A stretch of 64,000 nucleotides of DNA from Flavobacteriales bacterium (GTDB lineage: Bacteria; Bacteroidota; Bacteroidia; Flavobacteriales; Flavobacteriaceae): assembly GCA_013205245.1 (NCBI GenBank), contig JABMNH010000023.1, positions 878 to 64,877 on the forward strand, read 5' to 3'. The translations under genes were made by a program, and so were the position numbers. The notes under the pieces are model-generated. The model was not told the DNA's origin and made no database searches. It saw only the letters and a list, made by a program, of their open reading frames with translations. Below are positions 31,827 through 41,331 of this stretch, piece by piece (the stretch's first letter is position 1; every line of letters begins with the position of its first letter).

Positions 31827-32600
31827 CTAGTTTAGTAAGGCTTCAATTTTAGCTTTTTCTTCTTCTGCAAGTACAGAATCTACTAAAATTCTGCCACTAT
31901 GCTCATCTGTAATTATTTTTTTACGTGCCAATATCTCAACTTGACGTTGTGGTGGAATTGTAAAGAAAGACCCGCCAGAAGCGCCACGCTCAATTGATAC
32001 TACTGCTAAACCATTGCGTACATTTTTGCGAATTCTAGAATAAGCTTTTAATAAACGTTCGTCTATAAGTTTGCTAAATTCATCAGATTTTGACAACAAC
32101 AATTTTTCATCTTTGTTAGTTTCTGCAATAATGGTATCTAATTCTGCTTTTTTGTGACCTAAATGCATGTTGCGTTCAGCAAGCTTTTCTGTTGTACTTG
32201 CAATAGCTTCATTTTTATGTGCAATCTTAGCGCTGTATTCGTTAATGCGTTTTTCGCACAATTGAATTTCTAGAGTTTGAAATTCAATTTCTTTAGCTAT
32301 AGAGTCGAATTCTCTATTATTACGCACATTTTTTTGTTGTTCGGTATATTTACTCATTAAAGTATTAGCTTCTTCAATGGCAATTTTTTTATTTGAAATA
32401 TCAATTTCAAAATTTTCTACATCGGTATTTAAATTAGATAAGCGGGTGTCTAAACCAGCAATATCATCTTCTAAATCTCTTACTTCTAACGGAAGTTCAC
32501 CACGAACATTTCTAATTTCGTCAATTTTAGAGTCAATTAGTTGTAAGTCATAAAGGGCTCGTAACTTTTCTTCTACGGTAATTTCTTTGCTTTTAGCCAT
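31827..32600 (-). CDS. COG1579-type coiled-coil protein with a degenerate (cysteine-less) C4 zinc-ribbon
   Basis: Long coiled coil, then RGASGGSFFTIPPQRQ...IITDEHSGRILVD. This aligns to the C-x-G-C...LPPQ...C-x-x-C-GRIL ribbon pattern. Conserved pairing with NIF3 upstream. Confidence 0.8.
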   Translation of the reverse strand: MAKSKEITVEEKLRALYDLQLIDSKIDEIRNVRGELPLEVRDLEDDIAGLDTRLSNLNTDVENFEIDISNKKIAIEEANTLMSKYTEQQKNVRNNREFDSIAKEIEFQTLEIQLCEKRINEYSAKIAHKNEAIASTTEKLAERNMHLGHKKAELDTIIAETNKDEKLLLSKSDEFSKLIDERLLKAYSRIRKNVRNGLAVVSIERGASGGSFFTIPPQRQVEILARKKIITDEHSGRILVDSVLAEEEKAKIEALLN

Positions 32601-32602
32601 TT

Positions 32603-33697
32603 CTAAATGTAGTTGATTGGATTTGTATTTATTTTTGATAAAACGACTGCAAAATTACGGAATTTTTCTGTAAGATAATCTACAATTAAATTTTTTGTAA
32701 ACTGTTCACTTTCAAAATGCCCAATATCTATTAAAATGATGTTGTTTTCTGCTTTGAAAAAATCGTGATATTTTAAATCTGCAGTAATATACACATCGGC
32801 TTTAGCTTTCTTGGCGTCAGCTATAGCAAAGCTTCCAGAGCCTCCCAGAACGGCGACAGTTTTTATTTGTTTGTCTAAAAGTTTTGAAAAACGAATGCCT
32901 TTGGCATTAAATTTTGTTTGAATTTCTTTTAAAAAGGATGTGATATTTGTAGGATTTTGTAACTCACCAACCATTCCCATACCAATATTTTGGTTGAAAT
33001 TATCTAAACTTACAACCTCGTAAGCCACCTCTTCGTACGGATGTGCATCAAAAAGGGCTTTTAATATGGTGTATTCTAAGTGTGATTGAAAGGTAACGCT
33101 TATTAAAGTTTCGGGTTCTGTGTGTAATGAACCTTTTTCTCCAATCGTAGGATTGGCATTATTATTGGCTTTAAAAGTACCCAAACCTTTACTGTTAAAA
33201 CTACAATTATCATAGTCTCCTATATTTCCTGCGCCAGCTTCAAACAATGTATTTCTTAAAACATCCGCAGAAGCGTTAGGCACATAAGTACTTAATTTTT
33301 TTATAGTATGGGGTTTTGGCACTAAAATACGTTTGTTTTGGAGCCCTAAAATGTCTGCCATTTTACCAGAAACACCATTAAAAGCATTGTCTAAAGCCGT
33401 GTGCATGCTGTAAATAGCAATGTCATTTTTTATAGCTTTTGTGATAACGCGCTCTACATAAGTTGTAGGGTTTATTTTTTTTATACCTTTAAAAAGGATG
33501 GGATGAAAACTGACAATAAGATTGCACTTTTGAGTGATGGCCTCATCTACAACGGATTCTAAAGTGTCTAGTGTTACCAAAACACCTGTCACTTTTGTTT
33601 GTACATCTCCCACCAAAAGACCGACGTTGTCAAAATCTTCTGCTTGAGAAAGCGGCGCTAATTCTTCTAGATAATTGGTAATGTCTTTAATTTTCAA
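32603..33697 (-). CDS. Nif3-like dinuclear metal centre protein (YbgI/YqfO family, long form with inserted domain)
   Basis: AEDFDNVGLLVGD, SFHPILFKG, MHTALDN and the C-terminal IDIGHFESE motif. TTG start at 33697. Confidence 0.9.
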   Translation of the reverse strand: MKIKDITNYLEELAPLSQAEDFDNVGLLVGDVQTKVTGVLVTLDTLESVVDEAITQKCNLIVSFHPILFKGIKKINPTTYVERVITKAIKNDIAIYSMHTALDNAFNGVSGKMADILGLQNKRILVPKPHTIKKLSTYVPNASADVLRNTLFEAGAGNIGDYDNCSFNSKGLGTFKANNNANPTIGEKGSLHTEPETLISVTFQSHLEYTILKALFDAHPYEEVAYEVVSLDNFNQNIGMGMVGELQNPTNITSFLKEIQTKFNAKGIRFSKLLDKQIKTVAVLGGSGSFAIADAKKAKADVYITADLKYHDFFKAENNIILIDIGHFESEQFTKNLIVDYLTEKFRNFAVVLSKINTNPINYI

Positions 33698-33740
33698 TTG
33701 TAAGAATATTTAAAGGTTTTCAAATTTACAATTTAAATTG

Positions 33741-34517
33741 TTAGTCGATTTTTTTTGCATTTTCCCAAAACACATCCATTTCTGCTAAGGACATATCTTT
33801 GAGTGGTTTGCTCAATTTTTTAGCTTCGGTTTCTAAAAACTGAAAACGTTTTATAAACTTTTTATTGGTGCGTTCTAAAGCACTTTCGGGATTTATATTC
33901 AAAAAGCGCGCATAATTTATAAGTGAAAACAAAACATCGCCAAATTCTTCTTCCATTTTAGCAGTATTGTTGGCTGTAACTTCGGTTTGAAACTCGGCTA
34001 TTTCTTCTTTTACCTTTTCAAAAACTTGTTCAGGTTTCTCCCAATCAAAACCAACACCAGCTACTTTTTCTTGAATTCTTATGGCTTTAACCATGGCAGG
34101 TAAACCTTTTGGAACACCTTGTAAAACGGATGTTTTGCCTTCTTTTAGTTTGAGCTTTTCCCAATTTTTTTCAACATCTTCTGCAGAATTCACCTTTATA
34201 TCACTATAAATATGTGGATGTCTAAAAATAAGTTTTTCGCAAATACTGTTAATGACATCAGTTATGTCAAAATCATTGGTTTCTGACCCAATTTTGGCAT
34301 AAAAAACAACGTGTAATAATAAGTCGCCTAACTCTTTTTTTATGTTTGGCAAGTCGTTGTCTAAAACGGCATCGGCAAGTTCGTAGGTCTCTTCAATAGT
34401 AAGCGTACGTAAACTTTCGAAAGTTTGTTTGTTATCCCACGGACATTGCACGCGCAATTCGTCCATTATGGTTAACAATTTATCAAAGGCTTCTAAAGAT
34501 TCCTTTCTTGAACTCAT
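33741..34517 (-). CDS. mazG: Nucleoside triphosphate pyrophosphohydrolase MazG
   Basis: Tandem MazG domains: CPWDNKQTFESLRTLTIEETYELADA, and EEFGDVLFSLINYARF. Confidence 0.92.
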   Translation of the reverse strand: MSSRKESLEAFDKLLTIMDELRVQCPWDNKQTFESLRTLTIEETYELADAVLDNDLPNIKKELGDLLLHVVFYAKIGSETNDFDITDVINSICEKLIFRHPHIYSDIKVNSAEDVEKNWEKLKLKEGKTSVLQGVPKGLPAMVKAIRIQEKVAGVGFDWEKPEQVFEKVKEEIAEFQTEVTANNTAKMEEEFGDVLFSLINYARFLNINPESALERTNKKFIKRFQFLETEAKKLSKPLKDMSLAEMDVFWENAKKID

Positions 34518-34532
34518 ATTTGGTTGTAAATT

Positions 34533-34967
34533 TTAGTTTTCGTCAGCAGCAGCTGTATCAGATTCTTCATCAGATTCTTCGAGGCTTTTAAAATCAAAGT
34601 CGCTTGTAACAAGTGCATTATACCAAGAAAAAACCTTTTTAATATTGGACGTATATACACGTTCTTCGTCATATTCTGGTAAAATGCCTCTAAAATACTG
34701 TGCTAAAACAGCGCCTTTGTCTTTAAGGTCAATTGGAATAATGCCATTTTCTTTGGTGTAAATGTTTAGAAAAACCTGTCTTAAAGGTGTTTCTGCTTCG
34801 TAAGTATAAATAGAAATGTCTTTTAATGTGCTTACATTTTGTAAAGCCATTACAGGAAAGCGTTTTTTATCCGTTAAGGATTCAACAATTATATTTCCTT
34901 TGTTTTGGGTTAATATTTTATACAAACCAGGTTTGCCAGTTATGGCAATAATTTCGTCTAGAGTCAT
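34533..34967 (-). CDS. Conserved Bacteroidota hypothetical protein (DUF5606-like, from memory), acidic tail
   Basis: 144 aa with ITGKPGLYKIL N-terminus. Its ATG abuts the def stop (34967/34968). Function unknown. Confidence 0.65.
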   Translation of the reverse strand: MTLDEIIAITGKPGLYKILTQNKGNIIVESLTDKKRFPVMALQNVSTLKDISIYTYEAETPLRQVFLNIYTKENGIIPIDLKDKGAVLAQYFRGILPEYDEERVYTSNIKKVFSWYNALVTSDFDFKSLEESDEESDTAAADEN

Positions 34968-35555
34968 TTATTTTCTTTTTTGATTTGGGAAACGCATTTT
35001 GTAATCAACATCTATATTCCCTTTGCTTATGTTATTTAATCTTTTTTTGAGTAGGCGTTTTTTTAATGAAGAAATTCTATCGGTAAAAACGATTCCTTCT
35101 ATATGATCGTATTCGTGTTGCACAACGCGCGCTGCTAATCCGGTTAACGTTTCGGTAATTTCTTCAAAATTTTCATTTTGATACTTTATAATAATGGTGT
35201 CTTTTCTAAACACATCTTGTCTAACATCAGGAAAACTTAAACAGCCTTCGTTAAAAGCCCATTCTTCTCCAGATTCTTCAATTATTTCTGCATTGATAAA
35301 AACCCGATTAAAATTTTCTAAAAAATCTCTTTCTTTTTGATCTAATTCGTCATCATCTGCAAAAGGCGCCGTATCTACCAAAAATAAACGAATGGCTTTA
35401 CCTATTTGATGTGCAGCTAAACCTACACCACGTGCATAATACATGGTTTCTCTCATATCTTCAATGAGTTGTGAAAGATTTGGGTAATCTGGCGTTATAT
35501 TTTCACCAACTTTACGGAGAACAGGATCACCATAAGCTATAATTGGTAACTTCAT
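34968..35555 (-). CDS. def: Peptide deformylase
   Basis: GVGLAAHQIG, EGCLSFP and HEYDHIEG motifs. Confidence 0.95.
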   Translation of the reverse strand: MKLPIIAYGDPVLRKVGENITPDYPNLSQLIEDMRETMYYARGVGLAAHQIGKAIRLFLVDTAPFADDDELDQKERDFLENFNRVFINAEIIEESGEEWAFNEGCLSFPDVRQDVFRKDTIIIKYQNENFEEITETLTGLAARVVQHEYDHIEGIVFTDRISSLKKRLLKKRLNNISKGNIDVDYKMRFPNQKRK

Positions 35556-35977
35556 AAAGTACTTTTATTTTGGTTGTAAAGATAAGATTGTAATATTATA
35601 GTGGCACTAATTTCATCTACTAGTGCTTTATTCCGTCGTTGTTTTTTCTTTAATCCGCTATCAATCATTGTTTGAAATGCCATTTTTGAGGTAAAACGTT
35701 CATCAACGCGCAAAATAGGTATATTTTTAAAATTAGACTCTAATATTTTTAAAAAAGGAATTATAAGGGCTTCACTTTCAGAAGGTGTATAATTCATTTG
35801 CATGGGTTTACCTACCAAAATTAAACACACTTTTTCTGATGAAAAATAATTTTTCAAAAAGGGTAAAAGCTGTTCGGTAGCAATTGTTGTTAAGCCAGAT
35901 GCAATAATTTGCATCTCGTCTGTAACAGCTATGCCTGTTCTTTTTTTACCGTAATCTAAAGCCAGTATCCGAGCCAT
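35552..35977 (-). CDS. ruvX: Holliday-junction-resolvase-like pre-16S rRNA nuclease YqgF/RuvX
   Basis: RILALDYGKKRTGIAVTD N-terminus and DERFTS motif. 4-nt overlap with def. Confidence 0.92.
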   Translation of the reverse strand: MARILALDYGKKRTGIAVTDEMQIIASGLTTIATEQLLPFLKNYFSSEKVCLILVGKPMQMNYTPSESEALIIPFLKILESNFKNIPILRVDERFTSKMAFQTMIDSGLKKKQRRNKALVDEISATIILQSYLYNQNKSTL

Positions 35978-36069
35978 ATTTTTAAAATTGAGGCAAAATT
36001 ACTGTTTCCTAGTTAAAAATAAAGAATTATGTAAGATATTTCTACAGACCTGTTTATATTTGCTGGCTT

Positions 36070-36885
36070 ATGAAAGACTTACAAAATATTATAGAACAAG
36101 CTTGGGATGACCGAAGCTTGTTGCAAAATGAAGCAACTCAAAACGCTATTAGAACGGTTATAGCCAAATTAGACGCAGGTGTTTTGCGTGTGGCCTCGCC
36201 TACAGCAGACGGATGGATTGTAAATACGTGGGTTAAAAAAGCCGTTGTTTTATATTTTCCTATTCAAAAAATGGAAGTTTTAGAAGCGGGTATATTTGAA
36301 TATTACGATAAAATTCCGCTAAAAAGAGGCTACGAAGCCAAAGGTGTTCGCGTGGTGCCTCACGCGGTGGCACGTTACGGAAGTTATATTGCAAGTGGCG
36401 CTATTTTAATGCCAAGCTATGTAAATATTGGGGCTTATGTGTCATCGGGAACCATGGTAGATACTTGGGCGACCGTTGGCAGTTGCGCACAAATTGGCGC
36501 TAATGTTCATTTAAGTGGCGGCGTTGGTATTGGTGGTGTTTTAGAACCATTGCAAGCGGCTCCAGTTATTATTGAAGACAATGCTTTTGTAGGGTCAAGA
36601 TGTATTGTTGTTGAAGGTGTTCGGGTAGAAACTGAAGCTGTTTTAGGCGCTAATGTTGTGTTGACTGCTTCAACAAAAATTATTGATGTTACGGGCAACG
36701 TGCCTATTGAAACCAAAGGTGTTGTACCAGCACGATCTGTTGTGATTCCTGGGAGTTATACAAAATCTTTTCCAGCAGGTGATTTTCAAGTGCCTTGTGC
36801 TTTGATTATTGGGACACGTAAAGAAAGTACCAATAAAAAGACTTCTTTAAATGATGCGCTTAGAGAATATAACGTATCGGCTTAA
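36070..36885 (+). CDS. dapD: 2,3,4,5-tetrahydropyridine-2,6-dicarboxylate N-succinyltransferase
   Basis: Left-handed beta-helix hexapeptide repeats (GAYVSSGTMVDTWATVGSCAQIGANVHLSGGVGIGG); 271 aa short form. Confidence 0.92.
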   Translation: MKDLQNIIEQAWDDRSLLQNEATQNAIRTVIAKLDAGVLRVASPTADGWIVNTWVKKAVVLYFPIQKMEVLEAGIFEYYDKIPLKRGYEAKGVRVVPHAVARYGSYIASGAILMPSYVNIGAYVSSGTMVDTWATVGSCAQIGANVHLSGGVGIGGVLEPLQAAPVIIEDNAFVGSRCIVVEGVRVETEAVLGANVVLTASTKIIDVTGNVPIETKGVVPARSVVIPGSYTKSFPAGDFQVPCALIIGTRKESTNKKTSLNDALREYNVSA

Positions 36886-37635
36886 ATGAAAATTACAGCA
36901 ATCATTCCGACTTTAAACGAAGCTATTCATATTGAAGATGCTATAAAATCTGTCAGTTTTGCTGATGAAATTATTATTATAGATTCCTATAGTACTGATG
37001 ATACCATTGCGCTTGCAAAAAAGCAGGATGTCACAATAATACAACGCGTTTTTGACGATTATTCAACTCAGAAAAATTTTGCCATTGCTAAGGCTAAACA
37101 TGAGTGGATTTATATTTTAGATGCCGATGAGCGTGTAACGCCCGCATTGAGAGAAGAAATTTTAGATTGCCTTAAAGACCCTTTAGATTTTGTTGGGTTT
37201 CATATTCATCGCACATTTTATTTTGCAGGAAAGAAGATAAATTATAGTGGTTTCCAACACGATAAAGTTATGCGTCTTTTTAGAAAAGACAAGTGTAAAT
37301 ACAACGGAAAAATAGTTCACGAACGTATTGAGGCGCAAGGTGAAGTAGGGTTCTTGAAAAATGAAATTGAGCATTATACCTACCGAAATTATGACCATTT
37401 TATAAATAAGTTGAACCGATATGCTGCTTTAAAGGCTCAAATTTTATATAATAATAATAAAAGGGCAACCTTTTTCCATATCCTAATAAAACCGCCTTTT
37501 AAATTTTTTATTCACTATTTTATCAGATTGGGTTTTCTAGATGGGTTTCCAGGTTTTATTATTTCAGCAGTTCTGTCTTATGGCGTTTTAGCCAGATATA
37601 TAAAATTATGGTTGCTAAAGCATAACTTAGATTAA
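36886..37635 (+). CDS. Glycosyltransferase family 2 (LPS-core beta-glycosyltransferase-like)
   Basis: IIPTLNE, IIIDSYSTDDT and LDADE motifs plus the C-terminal GFLDGFPGF motif. The start abuts the dapD stop. Confidence 0.85.
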   Translation: MKITAIIPTLNEAIHIEDAIKSVSFADEIIIIDSYSTDDTIALAKKQDVTIIQRVFDDYSTQKNFAIAKAKHEWIYILDADERVTPALREEILDCLKDPLDFVGFHIHRTFYFAGKKINYSGFQHDKVMRLFRKDKCKYNGKIVHERIEAQGEVGFLKNEIEHYTYRNYDHFINKLNRYAALKAQILYNNNKRATFFHILIKPPFKFFIHYFIRLGFLDGFPGFIISAVLSYGVLARYIKLWLLKHNLD

Positions 37636-37641
37636 GTCTTA

Positions 37642-38637
37642 ATGCCTATTTCGAAAATAGATATATCAATAATTATTGTAAACTACAAAGGCTGGATACA
37701 TCTGCGCAATTGTTTAAAAAGCTTAGGGGGAATACATTCAGACACCTTTAATTTTGAGGTTATTGTAGTTGATAATTGTTCAAACGACGGACAGTTAGCA
37801 CAGTTTATATTAGATTTCAACGGCGTAAATTTTTATAAAAACACAGGCAATAATGGCTTTGCAAATGCCTGCAATTTAGGGGCAGATAAAGCAAAAGGAA
37901 ACTATTTTCTTTTTTTAAATCCCGATACCATTGCCAATACTAAAGCATTAGAAGTTTTGCTAGAAACAGCTATAAAATATCCCGATTATGGTATTTTATC
38001 GTGTCAGCAATATAAAGAAAACAATAAGCGTCACAATCACGAAAAACTATTTTTAGCACCGAGTCGGATGTTTGGTTTGTTTCGCGTTTTTCACAAACTT
38101 TTTAATGCCAATAAACTAAAAGAACGTTTTGATATCTCTAAAGAAATAATCTTTCCAGATTGGGTTTCGGGATCCGTTATTTTTATCAGCCGCGACTGGC
38201 TTAAAAAAGTTAATGGGTGGTGTAATGATTATTGGATGTATTATGAAGATGTAGATTTATGTAAAAAAGTGACGCAGGCAGGTGGTAAAATAGCCTTGCT
38301 CAGAACAGCTAGTATCATCCATTATCACGGTGGTAGTACGCGTATTAATTATAAAACAAAAGCGCTTACAAAATCTGAGGTAATTATATCGCGTCATGTG
38401 TATGTTAATAAATACTTTAAGGGCTTTACCCGATTTTTTATGCAGTTGGTTTTGATTACACATCAAATTATATCTAAATTAATTTTAGGTATTTTTGGTA
38501 TGATTTTATTCTTTATTCCTAAATTTAAAGTAAACAGGTTTTTGGCGGAGAATGTGTTCAAATATTATTATGAAGCTATAAATAATAAAACTTGGCTTAG
38601 CATAAGGTCTACTAATATAAAGATAATCAAAAAATAA
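37642..38637 (+). CDS. Glycosyltransferase family 2 with C-terminal TM segment
   Basis: SIIIVNYKG, VVDNCSNDG, NTGNNGFANACN and LNPDT motifs. Confidence 0.85.
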   Translation: MPISKIDISIIIVNYKGWIHLRNCLKSLGGIHSDTFNFEVIVVDNCSNDGQLAQFILDFNGVNFYKNTGNNGFANACNLGADKAKGNYFLFLNPDTIANTKALEVLLETAIKYPDYGILSCQQYKENNKRHNHEKLFLAPSRMFGLFRVFHKLFNANKLKERFDISKEIIFPDWVSGSVIFISRDWLKKVNGWCNDYWMYYEDVDLCKKVTQAGGKIALLRTASIIHYHGGSTRINYKTKALTKSEVIISRHVYVNKYFKGFTRFFMQLVLITHQIISKLILGIFGMILFFIPKFKVNRFLAENVFKYYYEAINNKTWLSIRSTNIKIIKK

Positions 38638-38647
38638 TTTTTAAAGA

Positions 38648-39304
38648 ATGGAAATAAAGCAAACTAAATACTATCAGAATAAGAGAACAGAAATGTTAGA
38701 GTTTATTCCTTTATCTGCAAAAAAAATATTAGAAATCGGATGTGGCGAGGGTGATTTTTCTGCACAATTAGTTAGAGAAGGAATTGAAACTTGGGGAATT
38801 GAACCAAATAATATTTCCTTCAAAAAATCAAAAAAGAAACTTTTTAAAGTTATTGAAGGAACAATTGATGAAAAATTAAACGAATTACCCAATGATTATT
38901 TTGATGTAATTATCTTAAATGATGTAATAGAACATTTATTATACCCTTGGGAGGATTTAAAAAATTTAAAAGCTAAGTTAAATGAAGAAGGTGTTTTAGT
39001 TTCCTCAATACCAAATGTTAGATATTCAAAAAATTTATTTAATTTTCTTTTTAAGAAGGATTGGAAATATAAAGATGATGGTATTTTGGATATTACTCAC
39101 TTTCGTTTTTTTACTAAAAAAAGTGTTAAATCTCTTTTTATAAATAGCGGATATTCTGTGCAAAAGATTAAAAGTATTAACGTTACAAAATCCTTTTTGT
39201 TTTTTCCTTTTGCAATCTTATTTAATATACTTTTTTTATTTACACAATTAGATATGTTCTATAGGCAATTTGCAACAGTAGCAAAAAAAGCTAAAGAAGA
39301 ATAA
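38648..39304 (+). CDS. Class I SAM-dependent methyltransferase
   Basis: SAM motif I ILEIGCGEGDF; motifs DVIILNDVIEHL and GVLVSSIPN. Confidence 0.85.
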   Translation: MEIKQTKYYQNKRTEMLEFIPLSAKKILEIGCGEGDFSAQLVREGIETWGIEPNNISFKKSKKKLFKVIEGTIDEKLNELPNDYFDVIILNDVIEHLLYPWEDLKNLKAKLNEEGVLVSSIPNVRYSKNLFNFLFKKDWKYKDDGILDITHFRFFTKKSVKSLFINSGYSVQKIKSINVTKSFLFFPFAILFNILFLFTQLDMFYRQFATVAKKAKEE

Positions 39305-39332
39305 ATTTTTAACACCTAATAAATATTTTTTA

Positions 39333-39899
39333 ATGCCATTAAAAAGAGAAATTGAAATCAGTATAAAAATTTTAAAATCGGGTGGTACCTTGATCTATCC
39401 CACAGATACTGTTTGGGGTTTGGGTTGCGATGCTACTGATAGAAAAGCAGTTTCAAAAATATTTACTATTAAACAACGTGAAGAAAGTAAAAGTCTCATT
39501 GTTTTGGTTGATAGTTTTGCGATGTTACAGCGGTATGTTCCTGCAATTCAGAATGCCATTTTAGAAATTTTAAAAACAGTAACTAAACCAACAACAGTTA
39601 TTTACAACAATCCAATGGGTTTGTCTCAAAACGTGATTTCATCAGATAATACCGTCGCCATTCGTATTGTTAAAGATGGGTTTTGCCAAGAACTAATCAA
39701 ACAATTTGACAGGCCAATCGTCTCTACTTCTGCAAATATAAGTGGCAGGCCTACACCAAAATCTTTTAAAGAAATTGACACATCACTGTTGGATGCGGTT
39801 GATTATGTGGTAAATTTGCCCCAAAATAAACCAACTAAAACGCCATCAACCATTCTTAAAATTGGGAGTAATGGGCAATTAGAAGTTATTAGAGATTAA
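39333..39899 (+). CDS. tsaC: L-threonylcarbamoyladenylate synthase (TsaC/YrdC type)
   Basis: YPTDTVWGLGCDA, VSTSANISG and PSTIL motifs; 188 aa single-domain form. Confidence 0.88.
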   Translation: MPLKREIEISIKILKSGGTLIYPTDTVWGLGCDATDRKAVSKIFTIKQREESKSLIVLVDSFAMLQRYVPAIQNAILEILKTVTKPTTVIYNNPMGLSQNVISSDNTVAIRIVKDGFCQELIKQFDRPIVSTSANISGRPTPKSFKEIDTSLLDAVDYVVNLPQNKPTKTPSTILKIGSNGQLEVIRD

Positions 39900-39904
39900 A
39901 ATTT

Positions 39905-41323
39905 ATGCACAGCAATTTTAAAGAAGCCGTCTCGGCCGATATTTTTAATTACATAACCAAGGCTTCTACAGCTTTGCAATTAGAGACCTTCGTTATTGGT
40001 GGTTTTGTACGCGATTTTTTGTTAAAACGCAAAAGTGGCGCTAAAGATATTGACATTGTTTGTGTGGGTAGCGGCATAGAACTGGCTCAAAAAGTAGCCG
40101 ATTTATTGCCTAAAAAAACCAAAGTGCAGGTTTTTAAAACCTACGGTACTGCCATGTTGCGTTTTGAGAATTCCGAAATCGAATTTGTAGGCGCGCGTAA
40201 AGAATCGTATTCAGAGAATAGCCGTAATCCAGAGGTGTCAACAGGTACTTTACAGGATGATCAAAACAGACGCGATTTTACCATAAACGCTATGGCGATA
40301 AGTTTAAATGCCTCCGATTTTGGCACATTGTTAGATCCGTTTAACGGGATATCCGATTTAGAGAATGGCATTATCAAAACACCTTTAAATCCTGATATTA
40401 CTTATTCTGATGATCCTTTGCGGATGATGCGCGCCATACGTTTTGCCACTCAATTAAATTTTACGATTGAACAGAAATCGCTTGAAGCAATTACAAAAAA
40501 TGTAGCACGGTTGGAAATTATTACACGTGAGCGTATTGTAGAAGAATTGCATAAAATACTGTCATCAGATAAACCATCAATTGGGTTTAGACTGTTGGAA
40601 GAAATCTATCTTTTAGAACAAATTTTACCAGAATTAATTGCCTTAAAAGGTATTGAAGAAGAGGAAGGACAAACACATAAAGATAATTTTTATCACACCT
40701 TACAAGTGGTAGATAATATGGCAGAAACATCAGATAATTTATGGTTGCGATGGGCGGCTTTATTGCACGACATCGGTAAAGCGCCTACAAAAAAGTTTGA
40801 TAAAAAACTGGGATGGACTTTCCACGGACACGAATTTAAGGGGTCAAAAATGGTGTATAAAATTTTTAAACGTTTAAAAATGCCATTAAACGAAAAGATG
40901 AAATACGTCCAAAAAATAGTGATGTTAAGTTCTAGACCTGTTGTTTTGGCAGAAGCCGTAACAGACTCTGCTATCCGCCGTTTGATTTTTGACGCAGGTG
41001 ATGATTTAGATGATTTGATGTTGCATTGCGAAGCCGATATCACCACAAAAAATCCAAAACTTTTAAAAAAATATCTTAATAATTTTAAAATTGTTCGTGA
41101 TAAAATAAAAGAAGTTGAAGAGCGTGATCATGTACGTAATTTTCAGCCACCCATTTCTGGAGAACTTATTATGGAAACGTTCAACCTCAAACCTTCCCGA
41201 GAAATTGGCACTTTAAAAGAAGCTATAAAAGAAGCCATTTTAGAAGGGATTATTAAGAATGATTACAACGAAGCTTATCAGTTTATGTTAAATAAAGCGG
41301 CACAATTAGGATTAAAAAAATAG
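39905..41323 (+). CDS. cca: tRNA nucleotidyltransferase (CCA-adding) / poly(A) polymerase family protein with HD domain
   Basis: GGFVRDFLL..DIDIV, RRDFTINAMA and HD motif LLHDIGK. Confidence 0.85.
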   Translation: MHSNFKEAVSADIFNYITKASTALQLETFVIGGFVRDFLLKRKSGAKDIDIVCVGSGIELAQKVADLLPKKTKVQVFKTYGTAMLRFENSEIEFVGARKESYSENSRNPEVSTGTLQDDQNRRDFTINAMAISLNASDFGTLLDPFNGISDLENGIIKTPLNPDITYSDDPLRMMRAIRFATQLNFTIEQKSLEAITKNVARLEIITRERIVEELHKILSSDKPSIGFRLLEEIYLLEQILPELIALKGIEEEEGQTHKDNFYHTLQVVDNMAETSDNLWLRWAALLHDIGKAPTKKFDKKLGWTFHGHEFKGSKMVYKIFKRLKMPLNEKMKYVQKIVMLSSRPVVLAEAVTDSAIRRLIFDAGDDLDDLMLHCEADITTKNPKLLKKYLNNFKIVRDKIKEVEERDHVRNFQPPISGELIMETFNLKPSREIGTLKEAIKEAILEGIIKNDYNEAYQFMLNKAAQLGLKK

Positions 41324-41331
41324 CAAAATTA

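Noticed and set aside
33728-33741. Perfect 14-bp palindrome ACAATTTAAATTGT overlapping the mazG stop codon, upstream of nothing obvious
   Set aside because: It is pure A/T apart from two C:G pairs. Palindromes of this length are not surprising in AT-rich intergenic DNA. There is no loop for a hairpin, no T run, and I saw no second copy.
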